Assembly: GCF_004010195.1 (NCBI RefSeq) | Contig: NC_057755.1 | Location: 3,242,581 to 3,280,585 of the forward strand | Direction: 5' to 3' | Source: Chiloscyllium plagiosum | Taxonomy: Eukaryota | DNA: 38,005 nucleotides | Shown: piece by piece, positions 11,297 to 22,417 of the stretch | How positions within the stretch are numbered: the stretch's first letter is position 1 | Layout: every line of letters begins with the position of its first letter | The notes under the pieces: generated by a model | The model's database searches: none | What the model was told of the DNA's origin: nothing | What the model saw: only the letters and a program-made list of their open reading frames with translations | Position numbers and translations under genes: made by a program

Positions 11297-11565
11297 ATCT
11301 TTTTTATTTCTTTTTAACCCCCACATAACTGCCTAACTGCGCTAGTGCTTTTTTTCCCAGCACCCATATTGTGTGTGTGCAGGTGTGATTCCTGTTCTTT
11401 TTTTTTCTTTTTCTTTTTTTCTTCTAAGGACACCCAGGCTCTAACGTAATCCCCTGTTTATTTTTCTTAATTTTTTTTTCTCTTTTTTTTCTAACCCCCA
11501 CACTACTGCCTAACTGCGGTAGTGCTTATTTTATTTCCCCAGCACCCATGTGTGTGTGCAGGTGT
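11297..11565 (-). mobile_element. Tandem short 3' ends of a Tx1-like element inserted in the left LTR
   Basis: Two poly(T)-AACCCCCACA...CAGCACCCAT...GGTGTGA units plus a short ORF2-derived piece (11421-11449, matching 16253-16283), each bounded by CTCCTG-like motifs. Confidence 0.85.
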
Positions 11566-14502
11566 GACTCCTGTTCTTATCTGTCAGCTAGGGCTCCCTG
11601 ATTGGACCTGTTAATCAGAGAAGTCATTTTCTCAAGGTCCCCCTGGTTCACCTTGTTACAATAACTACATCCTTCCTGTTTTGACTCTGAGGATATGGGT
11701 CAGTTCTTTTCTTTTGTAGCTCCTTCTGAGGTGTGTAGCACCAGGCCAGGTTCCTCCAACTGTGCCTCTGATACGGGTGGCATGTATTGCACAGTAGAAG
11801 AAATGCATTCTCCTGTTCAGGTGGCAAAGGTATCCAGGTGTTGATATCTGCTGTGTTCATCTCAGATTCCAAAGTATCTTCCATGCTTGATGGAGGGGAG
11901 AACCCATGGGTTCCTGAAGAGTCAAAAGGGCAGTCGAGGAGCCAGGCACATTTTGCTCCTGTAACATTTGCATTATTGCAGCTTTCATGTGATCCACATG
12001 TTTTTTAGGACCATCACACCCACCCAAACTTTGAATGTCACTGGACCTGACCTTGCGCCTTCCATGCCTCTTACCCATGCGGGGTAACTCCCATGATTCC
12101 TACACCAAACTTCATCCCCTGCAGTGAACCATCTTTCTCACTTAGCTGAATCTTGTATCCAGCATAATAACATGCCATCCTCTATGGTGATCTGGTCTCA
12201 CTGGGTCCAAAACATTTTAGTTCTAGTCATGACGTCCCTTTGGTTTCCCCTGTCTCCACCAGCTGTTTCAGTTTTGCCAGGACAAGACCTTTCTGCGTCC
12301 GAAGTGTGATTTTTCTTAACTGTGACAGGAAATGTTTCCAACTTGTAATTATACACACTTAGTATTAGAGTCTGCTGTTGAATTTGGCCTGAAACAATGG
12401 ACAGTACTGTCTTAGCCCCTTTAAGTAGACCTAATAGGAGTTTATTGTCCATTATTACTACAAAATTACATCTGTAAAGGTTTTGGTCGAACTTTCTGAT
12501 TTCAGATATGACTGCCAAATCTTCTTTCTCTATCTGGGTGTATTTACACTCTGCATTAGCCATTGGAGTACCTATGAGCTAATACTACCGTAATGTTGTA
12601 CAGGGAGGTATCGCATGTCAATACCAGATCTTTCTTGGGATCATACTGTACCAATACCCTGGAAAATGTTAGCAGTTTCTTCACTTCCCTGAAAGCTATG
12701 GCTTGGCTACGTGACCATTTCTAAGTGGATCCTTTTATAAGAGTTGATGCAAAAATGCCAGGATGGAGGCAAGGTTCTGTATGAACTTTCACCAGTCCAA
12801 GGAAAGACCTAAGCTCTGGTACACACATGGGATCCAAGGCACCTTTGATCGTTCTCACTTTATCTTCCAACAGGTGTAACCCGGTCTTATTGACTCTGTA
12901 GCCCAAGTAAGTCACTTGGTGTCTGGAACATACCTTTTTCCCATCTAAAGTGTACACCAGTCTGGGTGAAATGCTCAAGAACTAGTCCAAGTTCTCTAAT
13001 TGCTCCTTATTGGTCTTCTCCTGTTATTGGCACGTCACTTTGATAAATGGTGACCTAGAGTAGACATGGTAAAATGTTCTCCATTATCTGCTGAAAATTG
13101 CAAAGGCTAGCAATACCTGAAATGGCAATCTTTTGTATTTGTACAAACCCTTATGGGTGTTAATTGTAGCATACTTCTGGGATTCCTCATCTAACCACAA
13201 TTGCTAATACACATGGCTCATGTGTAGCTTTGTTAAGATCAGCCCTCCCTCCCTCCCCCCCGCCCCACCACCAACCAGTTTTGAGAATAAGTCCTCTACA
13301 CAAGGGACTGAGTATTTAAAGAACTGTGAAAAGCAGTCTACCATTTGTTTAAAATCCCCACAAAAGTGAACCGACCTGTCAAGCTTCACAATCAATATGA
13401 TCGGTGCTGCCCATTCTGCAAACACTACTGGTTTGAGGATATATTTGCTTTCCAGCCTTTTGATTTCTGCCTCTACTTTTGCCCGTAAGGCAAATGGTAC
13501 TGGGCAGGCCTTACTAAGTTATGGAATTGCTTCCTGGTCAACACGTAAAGTAGCTTTAGCTCCATTAATAATCCCTAAACCTTCCTGCAAGTCTTTCAGA
13601 AATTTAATTATGGTTTCACTCAGGCAGCCATTTTCTAATCAAAAAATGTTGAGCCAATTTAAGTGAATCTTTCTCAGCCAATTTGCCTATCAGTGGTAAT
13701 TAAACCAACTGCTTCTCATAAGAAACTGGAGCCAAAGTTGTACCCTTAATCTGTAAAGGTTCCCCAGTATATGTTCTCAGTCTAATTGAGGTCTTGCTCA
13801 AACTTAAGGGTTGGAGTTCAGATTGAATTTTGTTAAAGACCTAGAGTTCCTGTGTTCAGGATATGTCCTGAGTGTGGCTATGTAATTGCCTGCGCTCAGG
13901 TGGTGATCCCCATGCTCATTCAAACTAGCAAGGATGTATACATTCCGCCGGTAAGCCCTGCAACTCGGATGCTCCACTTGCTATATTTTCCAGTGATGAA
14001 GCCAGTTGGAGTGCTTGTTTAAAGTCGAGTTGGGCTCCAGTTAGTTGTCACTTTTGCATAGTTACATCATAATTTCACATACCAAACAGTGTCTCAGTAT
14101 CTGATTAAGGGTTAAACCAAAATCAAAGTCACGTGCCTCTGCCAGTCATTTTAACCCAGTCAAAAATTCTGATACAGATTCCACTGGTGCTGGAATTGCT
14201 GAGTAGAAGTGATAATATCTCAAAATTAGAGGAGGCTTGGGATTGTCATATTTCTTAATTAAATTCGTCAACTCTTGATAGGTTTTAGTATCTGGTGCCT
14301 CAGGGAAATTTAGGCTCCTAATAACCGAAAAAGAATGCATTCTTTCCACATACTAGGCCCAGTCTTCAAAGTCAGGATTGAACGAGTCTAGCTTCCCAAA
14401 TAATGGCATGATGCTAGAAATGCTTACCCCAATTCAAAGTCACCCTTTATTTACACTTGGAGAGTAAAACTCTCAGAGTGAATAGGATGTCTGACACTCC
14501 TG

Positions 14503-16824
14503 GTTTTTTTTTTCCTTTTTTTTTACAGACCGCATTTTTTTTGCTTTACTCCCACACTACCGCCGAACAGTGGTAGTGCTTATTTTTCCCAGCACCCATG
14601 TTGCGTGTGTGTGTGCATGTGTGAGACACAGTGAAAGACACAAGGTGTACAAATCTTCATTCAATTTCCACCACCAGGAAGAAAAACACCCAAGTCGCCA
14701 GTGACAAGCAGTGCCCTTCACATCAAAGCATAATGCTGTACGATCAAGCAGTGAAGGGGAGGGTAGAGATTAAATCAAAATAGAGTTGGAGGGGGAAATA
14801 ATACACTCCACTCCCTGCGGTGCTGACCTCTCCCTGAACAGCTCAAGGGTATTGGTAGACACTGCGCGCTCCTTCTCCAGAGATACCTGGGCTCTAACAT
14901 AACTGCGGAAGAGGGGCAGGCACTCAGCCCTAACGGCCATCTCCACGGCTCACTGCCTGGACCTGTTTATGACACTCCTGTTTTTTTTTCTTGCAGTACA
15001 CATATACTGATCCAGCTCCCTCAGAGCCAGCTCTCAGAATCTCTTGACACTCCTATTTATTTATTTTTAAAAAATATTAACCCCCACACCTTACACTAAT
15101 CTCCTACTTTTATTTTTTTAAATTTAACCCCCACACTACCGCCTAACTGCAGTAGTGCTTATTTTTTCTCCAGCAACCATGTTGTGTGTGTGTAGGTGTG
15201 AGACACAGTGAGAGACACAAGTTGTACGAATCTTTATTCAATTTCCACCACCAGGAAGATAGGAAAGCACCCGAGTGGCCAGTGACAAGCACTGCCCTTC
15301 ACATCAAAGNNNNNNNNNNNNNNNNNNNNNNNNNNNNNNNNNNNNNNNNNNNNNNNNNNNNNNNNNNNNNNNNNNNNNNNNNNNNNNNNNNNNNNNNNNN
15401 NNNNNNNNNNNNNNNNNNNNNNNNNNNNNNNNNNNNNNNNNNNNNNNNNNNNNNNNNNNNNNNNNNNNNNNNNNNNNNNNNNNNNNNNNNNNNNNNNNNN
15501 NNNNNNNNNNNNNNNNNNNNNNNNNNNNNNNNNNNNNNNNNNNNNNNNNNNNNNNNNNNNNNNNNNNNNNNNNNNNNNNNNNNNNNNNNNNNNNNNNNNN
15601 NNNNNNNNNNNNNNNNNNNNNNNNNNNNNNNNNNNNNNNNNNNNNNNNNNNNNNNNNNNNNNNNNNNNNNNNNNNNNNNNNNNNNNNNNNNNNNNNNNNN
15701 NNNNNNNNNNNNNNNNNNNNNNNNNNNNNNNNNNNNNNNNNNNNNNNNNNNNNNNNNNNNNNNNNNNNNNNNNNNNNNNNNNNNNNNNNNNNNNNNNNNN
15801 NNNNNNNNNNNNNNNNNNNNNNNNNNNNNNNNNNNNNNNNNNNNNNNNNNNNNNNNNNNNNNNNNNNNNNNNNNNNNNNNNNNNNNNNNNNNNNNNNNNN
15901 NNNNNNNNNNNNNNNNNNNNNNNNNNNNNNNNNNNNNNNNNNNNNNNNNNNNNNNNNNNNNNNNNNNNNNNNNNNNNNNNNNNNNNNNNNNNNNNNNNNN
16001 NNNNNNNNNNNNNNGAGACACAAGGTGTATGAATCTTTATTCAAATTTCCACTACCAGAAAGAAAGGAAAGACCCAGGTGGCCAGTTACAAGCAGTGCCC
16101 TCCACAAAGGGCAATGCTATGTCATCAAACAATGAAGGGGAGGACAGGGATTGAATCAAAATAGAGTTGGAGGGGGAAATGATGTACTCCACTCCCTGCG
16201 GCGCCCACCTCTCCCTGGACAACTCCAGGGTGTTGGTCGACGCCGCGTGCTCCTTCTCCAAGGACACCCGGGCTCTAACGTAACCGCGGAAGAGGGGCAG
16301 GCAGTCGGCCTTAACGACCCCCTCCACGGCCCGCTGCCTGGACCTGTTGATGGCCAGTTTGGCCAGGCCCAGGAGCAGACCCACGAGGAGGTCTTCAGAC
16401 CTGCCCTCCTTCCTCCGTACCGGGTGCCCAAAGATCAGGAGCGTGGGACTGAAGTGCAGCCAAAAACAGAGGAGAAGGTTTTTCAGAAAATCAAAAAGGG
16501 AGTGCAAACGCCCACACCCAATATATACTAGTCCACGGACTCCACAGCGCCACAGAACAAGCAGTTGGGCTGGGAGTCCGTGAACCACCGCAATCTGCGG
16601 TTGCAGGGGACTGCTGCGTGCAGCACCCTCCACCCCAGATCCCCGAGAGAATGGGGGAGGACTCCCGCGTAGAGAGCCCTCCACTGGGGATCCCCACCGC
16701 CCGGTGGCGACACTCCTGTTCTTTTTTTTTAATTTTTTCTAAAACTGTTGTTTTTTTTTGCAAAACCCCTATTTTTTTTATTTCCTGTTTTTTTTAACCC
16801 CCACACAACCACCTAAGTGCGGTA
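14503..16824 (-). mobile_element. Tandem stack of 5'-truncated Tx1-clade non-LTR retrotransposons in the right LTR (spans a gap)
   Basis: ORFs 16528-16713 and 16052-16684 give PQWRALY..LP...GDLGWRVLH...C..CG..ESV.HVY..C.RL (zf-RVT) and FWLHFSP.LLIFG.PV...DLL..LLL.LAKLAI..SR, which I recognise as closely similar to the C-terminus of Xenopus Tx1 ORF2. Copies are separated by GACACTCCT(GTT) at 14493, 14971, 15046, 16709 and 16825. Confidence 0.9.
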
Positions 16825-16944
16825 GACACTCCTGTTATTATCTGTCAACCAGGGCTCCCTGACTGGACCAGATTAACAGCTTCAATCAGGGAACTCATTC
16901 TGTGAGGTCCACCTGGCTGACCTTGTTACAATCACTACTGTGTG

Positions 16945-17570
16945 GTATGAATTACTTGCCACTTGTCACCCCCAAGCCTGGATGTTGTCCAGGTCTTGTT
17001 GCATTTGGACGTGGTCTGCTCCAGTATCTGACAATGGCAAATGATGCTGAACATCGTGCAATTATCAGTGAACATGCCCACTTCTGTCTTTATGATGGAA
17101 GGAAGGAAAATTACTGGATCAGCTGAAAATGGTTGGACCTTGGACTGCGGAGGTCCCTGTGGAGATGTCCTGGTGCTGAATTAGCTGACCTCTGACAACC
17201 ACAGTCATCTTCCTATGTGTCAGGTATGACTCCAGCCAATGGAGAGTTTTCCCCTGATGCTCATTGATTCCTGTTTTGCTAGGGCTCTGTGATGCAAATG
17301 CAGCCTTGATTTCAAGGTCTGTCACTCTCACCTCACCTCTGGAATTCAGCACTTTTGTCCATGTTTGAACCAAGCTGTAATGAGGTCAGGAACTGAATGG
17401 CTTAGTGGAATCGAAACTGGGTGTCAATGAGCAGATTATTGCTGAGCAGGTGCTGCTTGATAGCACTGTTGATAACACCTTTCATCACTTTAATGATAAT
17501 TAAAAGCAGACTGATGGTGTGGTCATGGTCAGTTTGGATTTGTCCTGCTTTTAATGTACAGGACATATAC
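16945..17570 (-). mobile_element. CR1/L2-group LINE RT region (continuation of 10440-11152)
   Basis: ORF 17119-17373 VQTWTKVLNSRGEVRVT.L.IKAAF...GKTLHWLESYL..RKM.VVV.GQ. Confidence 0.8.
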
Positions 17571-18249
17571 TTCTAGTCCATAAGTAACATCTCTTCCACC
17601 TCCAGTAAGGCTTTAGCAGCTGCCACTGCCATATTTGTTAGGACAAAACCAAGTTGTCCTTTGATCCTTCATCATTTACTGTAACTCAATCCCAAATCCT
17701 ATGTTTTTATTGCAAAATAGTGGATGGGCCTCAAAACTTTCTCACAACTCACTGGAGTAATGCGCTGTAAATCAAGACCCATTATTCCTGAAGTTGTTGC
17801 AAATGTAAACATTTGATTAAACCATTGAATTGCCCAATTCTATATCATTTCAGGGTATAAGAATATGCATGCCACTTTTTTTTCTGCAATGAGAAAGAAC
17901 TGTTTTTAAAAAATGAATGATTCACGAGAATGGCTGCATAAAGTTACAGCAAAGAATTTCATACCTATTGAGAACTCTTGTGGCTGTAGATTTCTGCATA
18001 TTACATAATTCAGGGTATAAGAATATGCACACAAGGTTTATTTTCTATTAACAAGGAAGTAACATTTGAACCAATACTAAAAAAACACGTAGACAAGTTG
18101 AATTGATAATCCATAAATGTAAAGCTAAACTTCGCCCCTTTTTAAAAAAATCTTTTGCCTTTTTATTAAAAATTCACACTTACAGATAAATATACAAAAC
18201 CAGGCTTGACATGAATAATATGGGTAGACAAAAAAAGTTAGTGAAACAC

Positions 18250-19274
18250 TATTTAAAACTACCACTTCTGATCTATTCATTGCCTCTGAAGATGATTTTT
18301 CCCTTTAAGTAGAATTTTCAGACTTAACAACTCACAGACCTATTTTGAACTTTGACAGTTGTGACTGTGGGTTCCTCCTATGTGACAATGATCAGGAGCC
18401 AAGGAGTTGTTTACAGGTGCAGGTGATTTATTTCCAGCTAACTGAGTTGCTTGGAGCTAGAGACAATTTATATAGATACAGGTGCAAAAGTGTGTGCAAC
18501 TATTCTCTCTAGCGGAAGCTGCCTCTTCTCTGCAGTAAAATGCTCAGTTTAACATACAAACAGGGAACAAGAGTTCCCTGCACTTTGAGCACTTTGCACT
18601 CAGCACTTTGAGCTTGCTCCACCATTCAATAAATTGTGGCTGATCTGATTTAAACCTCAACTTTACACTCCCTAATAATCGTTCATTCCTTTCATCATAA
18701 TCTGTTATTAAAACTTGTAGAAAGCAGTTACCTTTGTTGTAGCAGTTGCTGTGAGCTGTGACTTTTCAATTGCTAAGTCAGAGACATTTTCCAAGAGAAT
18801 CAATCGTTTAACACTTCTTAGCAAGTAATTTCTTACAAGTGGCAGTTTTCAAAGAAGGACATCTGAATACCAAGGATCTGGCTGGCCAAAGAAGGATTAT
18901 CTGAACATTGGAATCAGGAAGCAAAGACCACTGAACTGACTTCTCAGTTTTTTCTACTGTCTGCCAAAAATCAATTTCCCAATTTGTTTGTCACTGTGTT
19001 TGTAGAATTGGGAGTTTATAAGGATTAGAGTTTTGGCTAGTAGTGCTATATATACCATTGGTTTATATCTGTTTACCTGCAGCTATAGTTTAATTACTTT
19101 TAATAAATAATAATGTTTGTTCAGTACAGAAACCTGTTCTTTGCTTTCTATCAATCTTGATCTGAAAGTCAGATAAACTGGGATACTGTGTGTACTTAAA
19201 AAAACTTAATCATTGCTATGACTCCAAGAATAATGGTGCTCTATTTATCTCATATGACTCTAGTGGGTTGTAAC
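18250..19274 (+). mobile_element. Probable solo LTR containing a small CR1 3' insertion (about 18550-18710)
   Basis: Non-coding; AATAAA at 19102 and a terminal ...GGGTTGTAACA. The 5' boundary is uncertain. Confidence 0.4.
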
Positions 19275-19379
19275 ACTTATAAACATCATTTTATACTGTT
19301 TTCTTAGTTTAGAGCACTATGTTTTCGCATTTTTAGTCCACAGTCCAAAAAATAGAAGTGGTTGTAATAATAGATTCCT

Positions 19380-19487
19380 TCAGTATCTCAATTTTACTTC
19401 AAGATTATACCAGTATTTCTCTATGATGTCTGTGTAGATGATATCAGTAACAGTCTCTCTCTAGATTAAAACAGTATCACTCTGTGC

Positions 19488-19523
<36 letters not shown>

Positions 19524-19858
19524 TGAGCCTCTCTCTATTGTACTCTCCAGACTACCTCTATCTTAATTGTGTTTCATTATGCAATCAGTAACTCTATAAT
19601 ATGTCAATATGCCTTAAGTTATACAGATATTTCTCTATGGTATCTCTTAATATTATATATAGATTAGTATCTCCATATAGTCTTTTTGTCTCGTCTTCTC
19701 TATCTAGATTTGTTAAGACACACTCTCTAGTCCCTCTCTATCACTAGATTGACTTGGTCTCTGTATGGTGTAATTCCAGATTAGGTCAGTGTCTCGCTGT
19801 ATTAGATCATTATTTCTCTTTCCCATCTCTAGTTTAGATCGATATCTCTGTATGTTGT
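19380..19858 (+). repeat. ~31-bp satellite, block 2, including a (CT)n microsatellite at 19492-19519
   Basis: TCTAGATT..ATCAGTATCTC..TATG units matching block 1. Confidence 0.75.
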
Positions 19859-20965
19859 CTAACCACTCTGAATAAGAAAAATCCCCCATAGCCCTTCTAA
19901 ACCTCCAGCCTTTGCCTTAATCCCCCTGGCCATTGATCCCTCCATCAAGGGAAGAAGTTTCTTCCTATCAACCTGTATTATAATTTTATACATCTCAATC
20001 ATATCTCTCCTTAGTCTCTTCTGCTCCAAGAAAATCAACCTCAGTCGAACCAATCTCTCTTTGTAACTAAAACTCTCCAGTCCAGATAATATCCTGGTGA
20101 ATCTCTTCTGTATCCTCTCCAGTGCAATAGCCCTCCTATAATGTAGATTCCAGAACTGTGCACAATACTGTGACTTGACTAATGTTTTATACAGTTCCGT
20201 CATCTTCTCCCAGCTATTAAGTTCTCTGCCTCCGCTAATAAAGGCAGGTATCCCATATATCTTCTCAACCACTTCATCCACCTGACTTGCGACCTTAAAA
20301 GACAGGGGAGCATGCAATTTTCTTCTGATCCTCAGTGCTTCCCAAGGTCCAACCATTCTTAGTTTATTTCCTTGCTTTGTCGTCCTTTCCAAGCACCCCA
20401 CCTCAGAGTTATCCAGGTTGAATTCCATTGCCTCTGATCAGCCTATCTGACCAGCCCCTCTGTATTCTCCTGTCAGGCTATCCTCTCCACAATTTATCAC
20501 CCCATAAATATTCTATCATCCACAAGTTTACTGATCAACCCTCCTACTAAACTGTTTACTTTTGAGTCGAAGCTATTTTTATATACACAGGACCTCCAAT
20601 ACTGATTTCTATGGAACCCCATTGGGCACAGGCTTCTAGATACAAAAACACCCCTCAACCATCACCACTCAACCAATTCTCTATCCAATTTGCCAAGTTT
20701 CCTGAGATCCGATGGACTCTTACTTTCACCACCCCATCAGTCTTCCACACATGACCTTATCAAAAGCTTGTTGAAGTCCAAGTGGATTACATCAGATACA
20801 TTGCTGTCATCTATGCACCTAGTTATTTGTTTGAAACATTCAGTCAATTTGATCATGTCCTTTAAAAACTGTCAAGTTGGTCAGTCATGACCTCTTAATA
20901 AAACTATGCTGAGTGTTTTTGATTAAACCTGCCTCTCCAAGTGCAGATTAATTCTCTCCCTCAGA
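19859..20965 (-). mobile_element. CR1 LINE ORF2 fragment inserted into the satellite
   Basis: ORF 19859-20428 LYKTLVKSQYCAQFW...LERIQKRFTRILSGLESFSYKERL; the satellite resumes on both sides. Confidence 0.9.
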
Positions 20966-21420
20966 ATTATCTCTCTAAATTAGATCAATATATTTCTATT
21001 GTTTCACTCTAGATTAGATTAGAGTCTCTCTATATGCCTGTCCAAAGTAGATCAGTGGCTCTCTATTGTATCTCTCTAGACTAGATCAGTATGTGTCTGT
21101 TGTGTTTTTCCAGAGTAGATCATTGTCTCTCTATCTCTAGGTTAGATCAGTATCTCTCTATTATATCACTCTAGATTAGATCAGACTCTTTCTATAGTGT
21201 CTCCCTCTTTCTAGATTTGTTCAGAATGTCAATGTTGTGTTTCTCAAGGTAGTATGTCTGTAAATACTCTTTTCTATCGATAATATCAGTATCTCAATTG
21301 TGTCTCAAAATTTTATCACCTCTCCATGATATTTCTTTAGGTTAGATAAGTTTTTCTCTATTGGGTATCTCTGGATGAGTTATGGAGTGTTTCTAGATTG
21401 AAATTTTCGGTGAGGTCAGC
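20966..21420 (+). repeat. ~31-bp satellite, block 3
   Basis: Clearest units, e.g. CTCTAGATTAGATCAG (21170-21185) and CTAGGTTAGATCAGTATCTCTCTA. Confidence 0.8.
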
Positions 21421-21571
21421 ATCTGCCTAAATTGTAGCTCTAGGTTTAGTTGAAATTACTTCACAGACCCTGCCCAAAGCTATCAGATCACCTGCTTTTA
21501 TTAGATTTAATACTAGAACTGATTTTGGTGATGTGTATGCTAGATAATAAGTATTTGCCTCTGTTTTGCAG

Positions 21572-21628
21572 TATATGGTGGCAGGATCATTGACAGTTCA
21601 TTTAATATATTCCAGAACCCCTGCCAGT
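21572..21628 (+). CDS. MS4A: MS4A-family 57-nt exon (end of TM2 and intracellular loop)
   Basis: ctgttttgcag|TAT...AGT|gtaagt, phase 0/0; YMVAGSLTVHLIYSRTPAS matches the MS4A (Y/F)IxxGSLxx motif and the short exon typical of the family. Confidence 0.88.
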
Positions 21629-21904
21629 GTAAGTATTTAATTAATGTACAGTCTCTGCTCCAAGATCTGTAACTTGTGTTAATATAATCCTCTCCAGACA
21701 ACCTTCCACAAGCTTGTGACACTGTGCTGATGAAGGTATGTCTTTGTATGTTACTACTTAAACATTGGTGACTATCTTCAACTTCCAGGTCAGCCATATT
21801 TCTGTTCATTGATAAAGCTGTGTTAAATTTCCACTTCAAAAATTTGATAATAAAATTCAGGCTGATCCTGCTGCCTTTGCAGTATATAATGAGCATTTTA
21901 CGGT

Positions 21905-22060
21905 TACAGTAATATTGAGGGGTTGCTGCATTGATGGAGGATCATTGCTTGGGGTGTGGTGCACTGTTGGTGGGTCGATACTGAGGGATGACTGCACTTT
22001 GGGGGGTCAGTACTGAGGGAATACCCCATTGTCAGAAGCTGTGTACTGAGGGTATATTGT
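21905..22060 (+). repeat. Degenerate GGGTCAGTACTGAGGGA repeat (same motif as 2700-2860)
   Basis: tattgagggg, tactgaggga and tactgagggt units at roughly 30-nt spacing. Confidence 0.6.
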
Positions 22061-22417
22061 AGAGCAAGAATTGCTGTTTCCCATGAAACTTTAACTGGAG
22101 GTCAGTTGTCTGTGCTGTTTGCGTACTTCCAGAGAAAATGCTGGACAAGTGTTCTGTCAGGTGACCTGAACTCAAAATCTCTACCCAAACCTGCATTCTG
22201 ATATCCTGAACCAAGGACATCTCTAACTATTGCACAAATGCCACCCGGAATAACTGTGCTACCACTCCATCTTTGCTTGGCTTCCTACATTTTTTGAATG
22301 TCATGCCTTCAATTTTCAGAATTCAATTCTTCTTTTACGCAGGTATAGGGTGGATATTCCAGGAAAGAATCAGCCAGTCAAACCACATAGTTTTAAATAA
22401 AAGAGAATTTATTTACA

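Larger units (their letters stand above)
11158..16939 (-). mobile_element. Gypsy LTR retrotransposon (Mag/K02A2.6-like), decayed, with two LTRs (11158-11669; about 14435-16939)
   Basis: gag MPLFGKLDSFNP...KTYQELTNLIKK..PKP; RT EWAAPI..VK.D.SV..CGDFK...VP.VEDLF; RNase H AE.KY.QIEKE.LAV. Both LTR copies end ...CCTTGTTACAATMACTAC; polypurine tract at 11670-11678; near-perfect 5-bp TSD GTGCG (11153-11157) / GTGTG (16940-16944). Most of the integrase and the PBS region appear deleted. Confidence 0.88.

Noticed and set aside
11571..11581. Target site contains CTGTTCTTATC, identical to an 11-mer of U2 snRNA near the Keno target
   Set aside because: Only 11 nt, absent from the right LTR copy (CTGTTATTATC), and no other colinear U2 sequence; the protein resembles Tx1L. 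Not supportable as a U2 gene or Keno insertion without a phylogeny.
15212..16110. Overlap of sequence on both sides of the gap as a false duplication
   Set aside because: The two versions differ at many positions, so they look like separate Tx1-like copies; long reads are still needed to confirm.
15186..16154. Long ORFs (240-322 aa) in the ORF track
   Set aside because: Artefacts of translating the N gap at 15310-16013.
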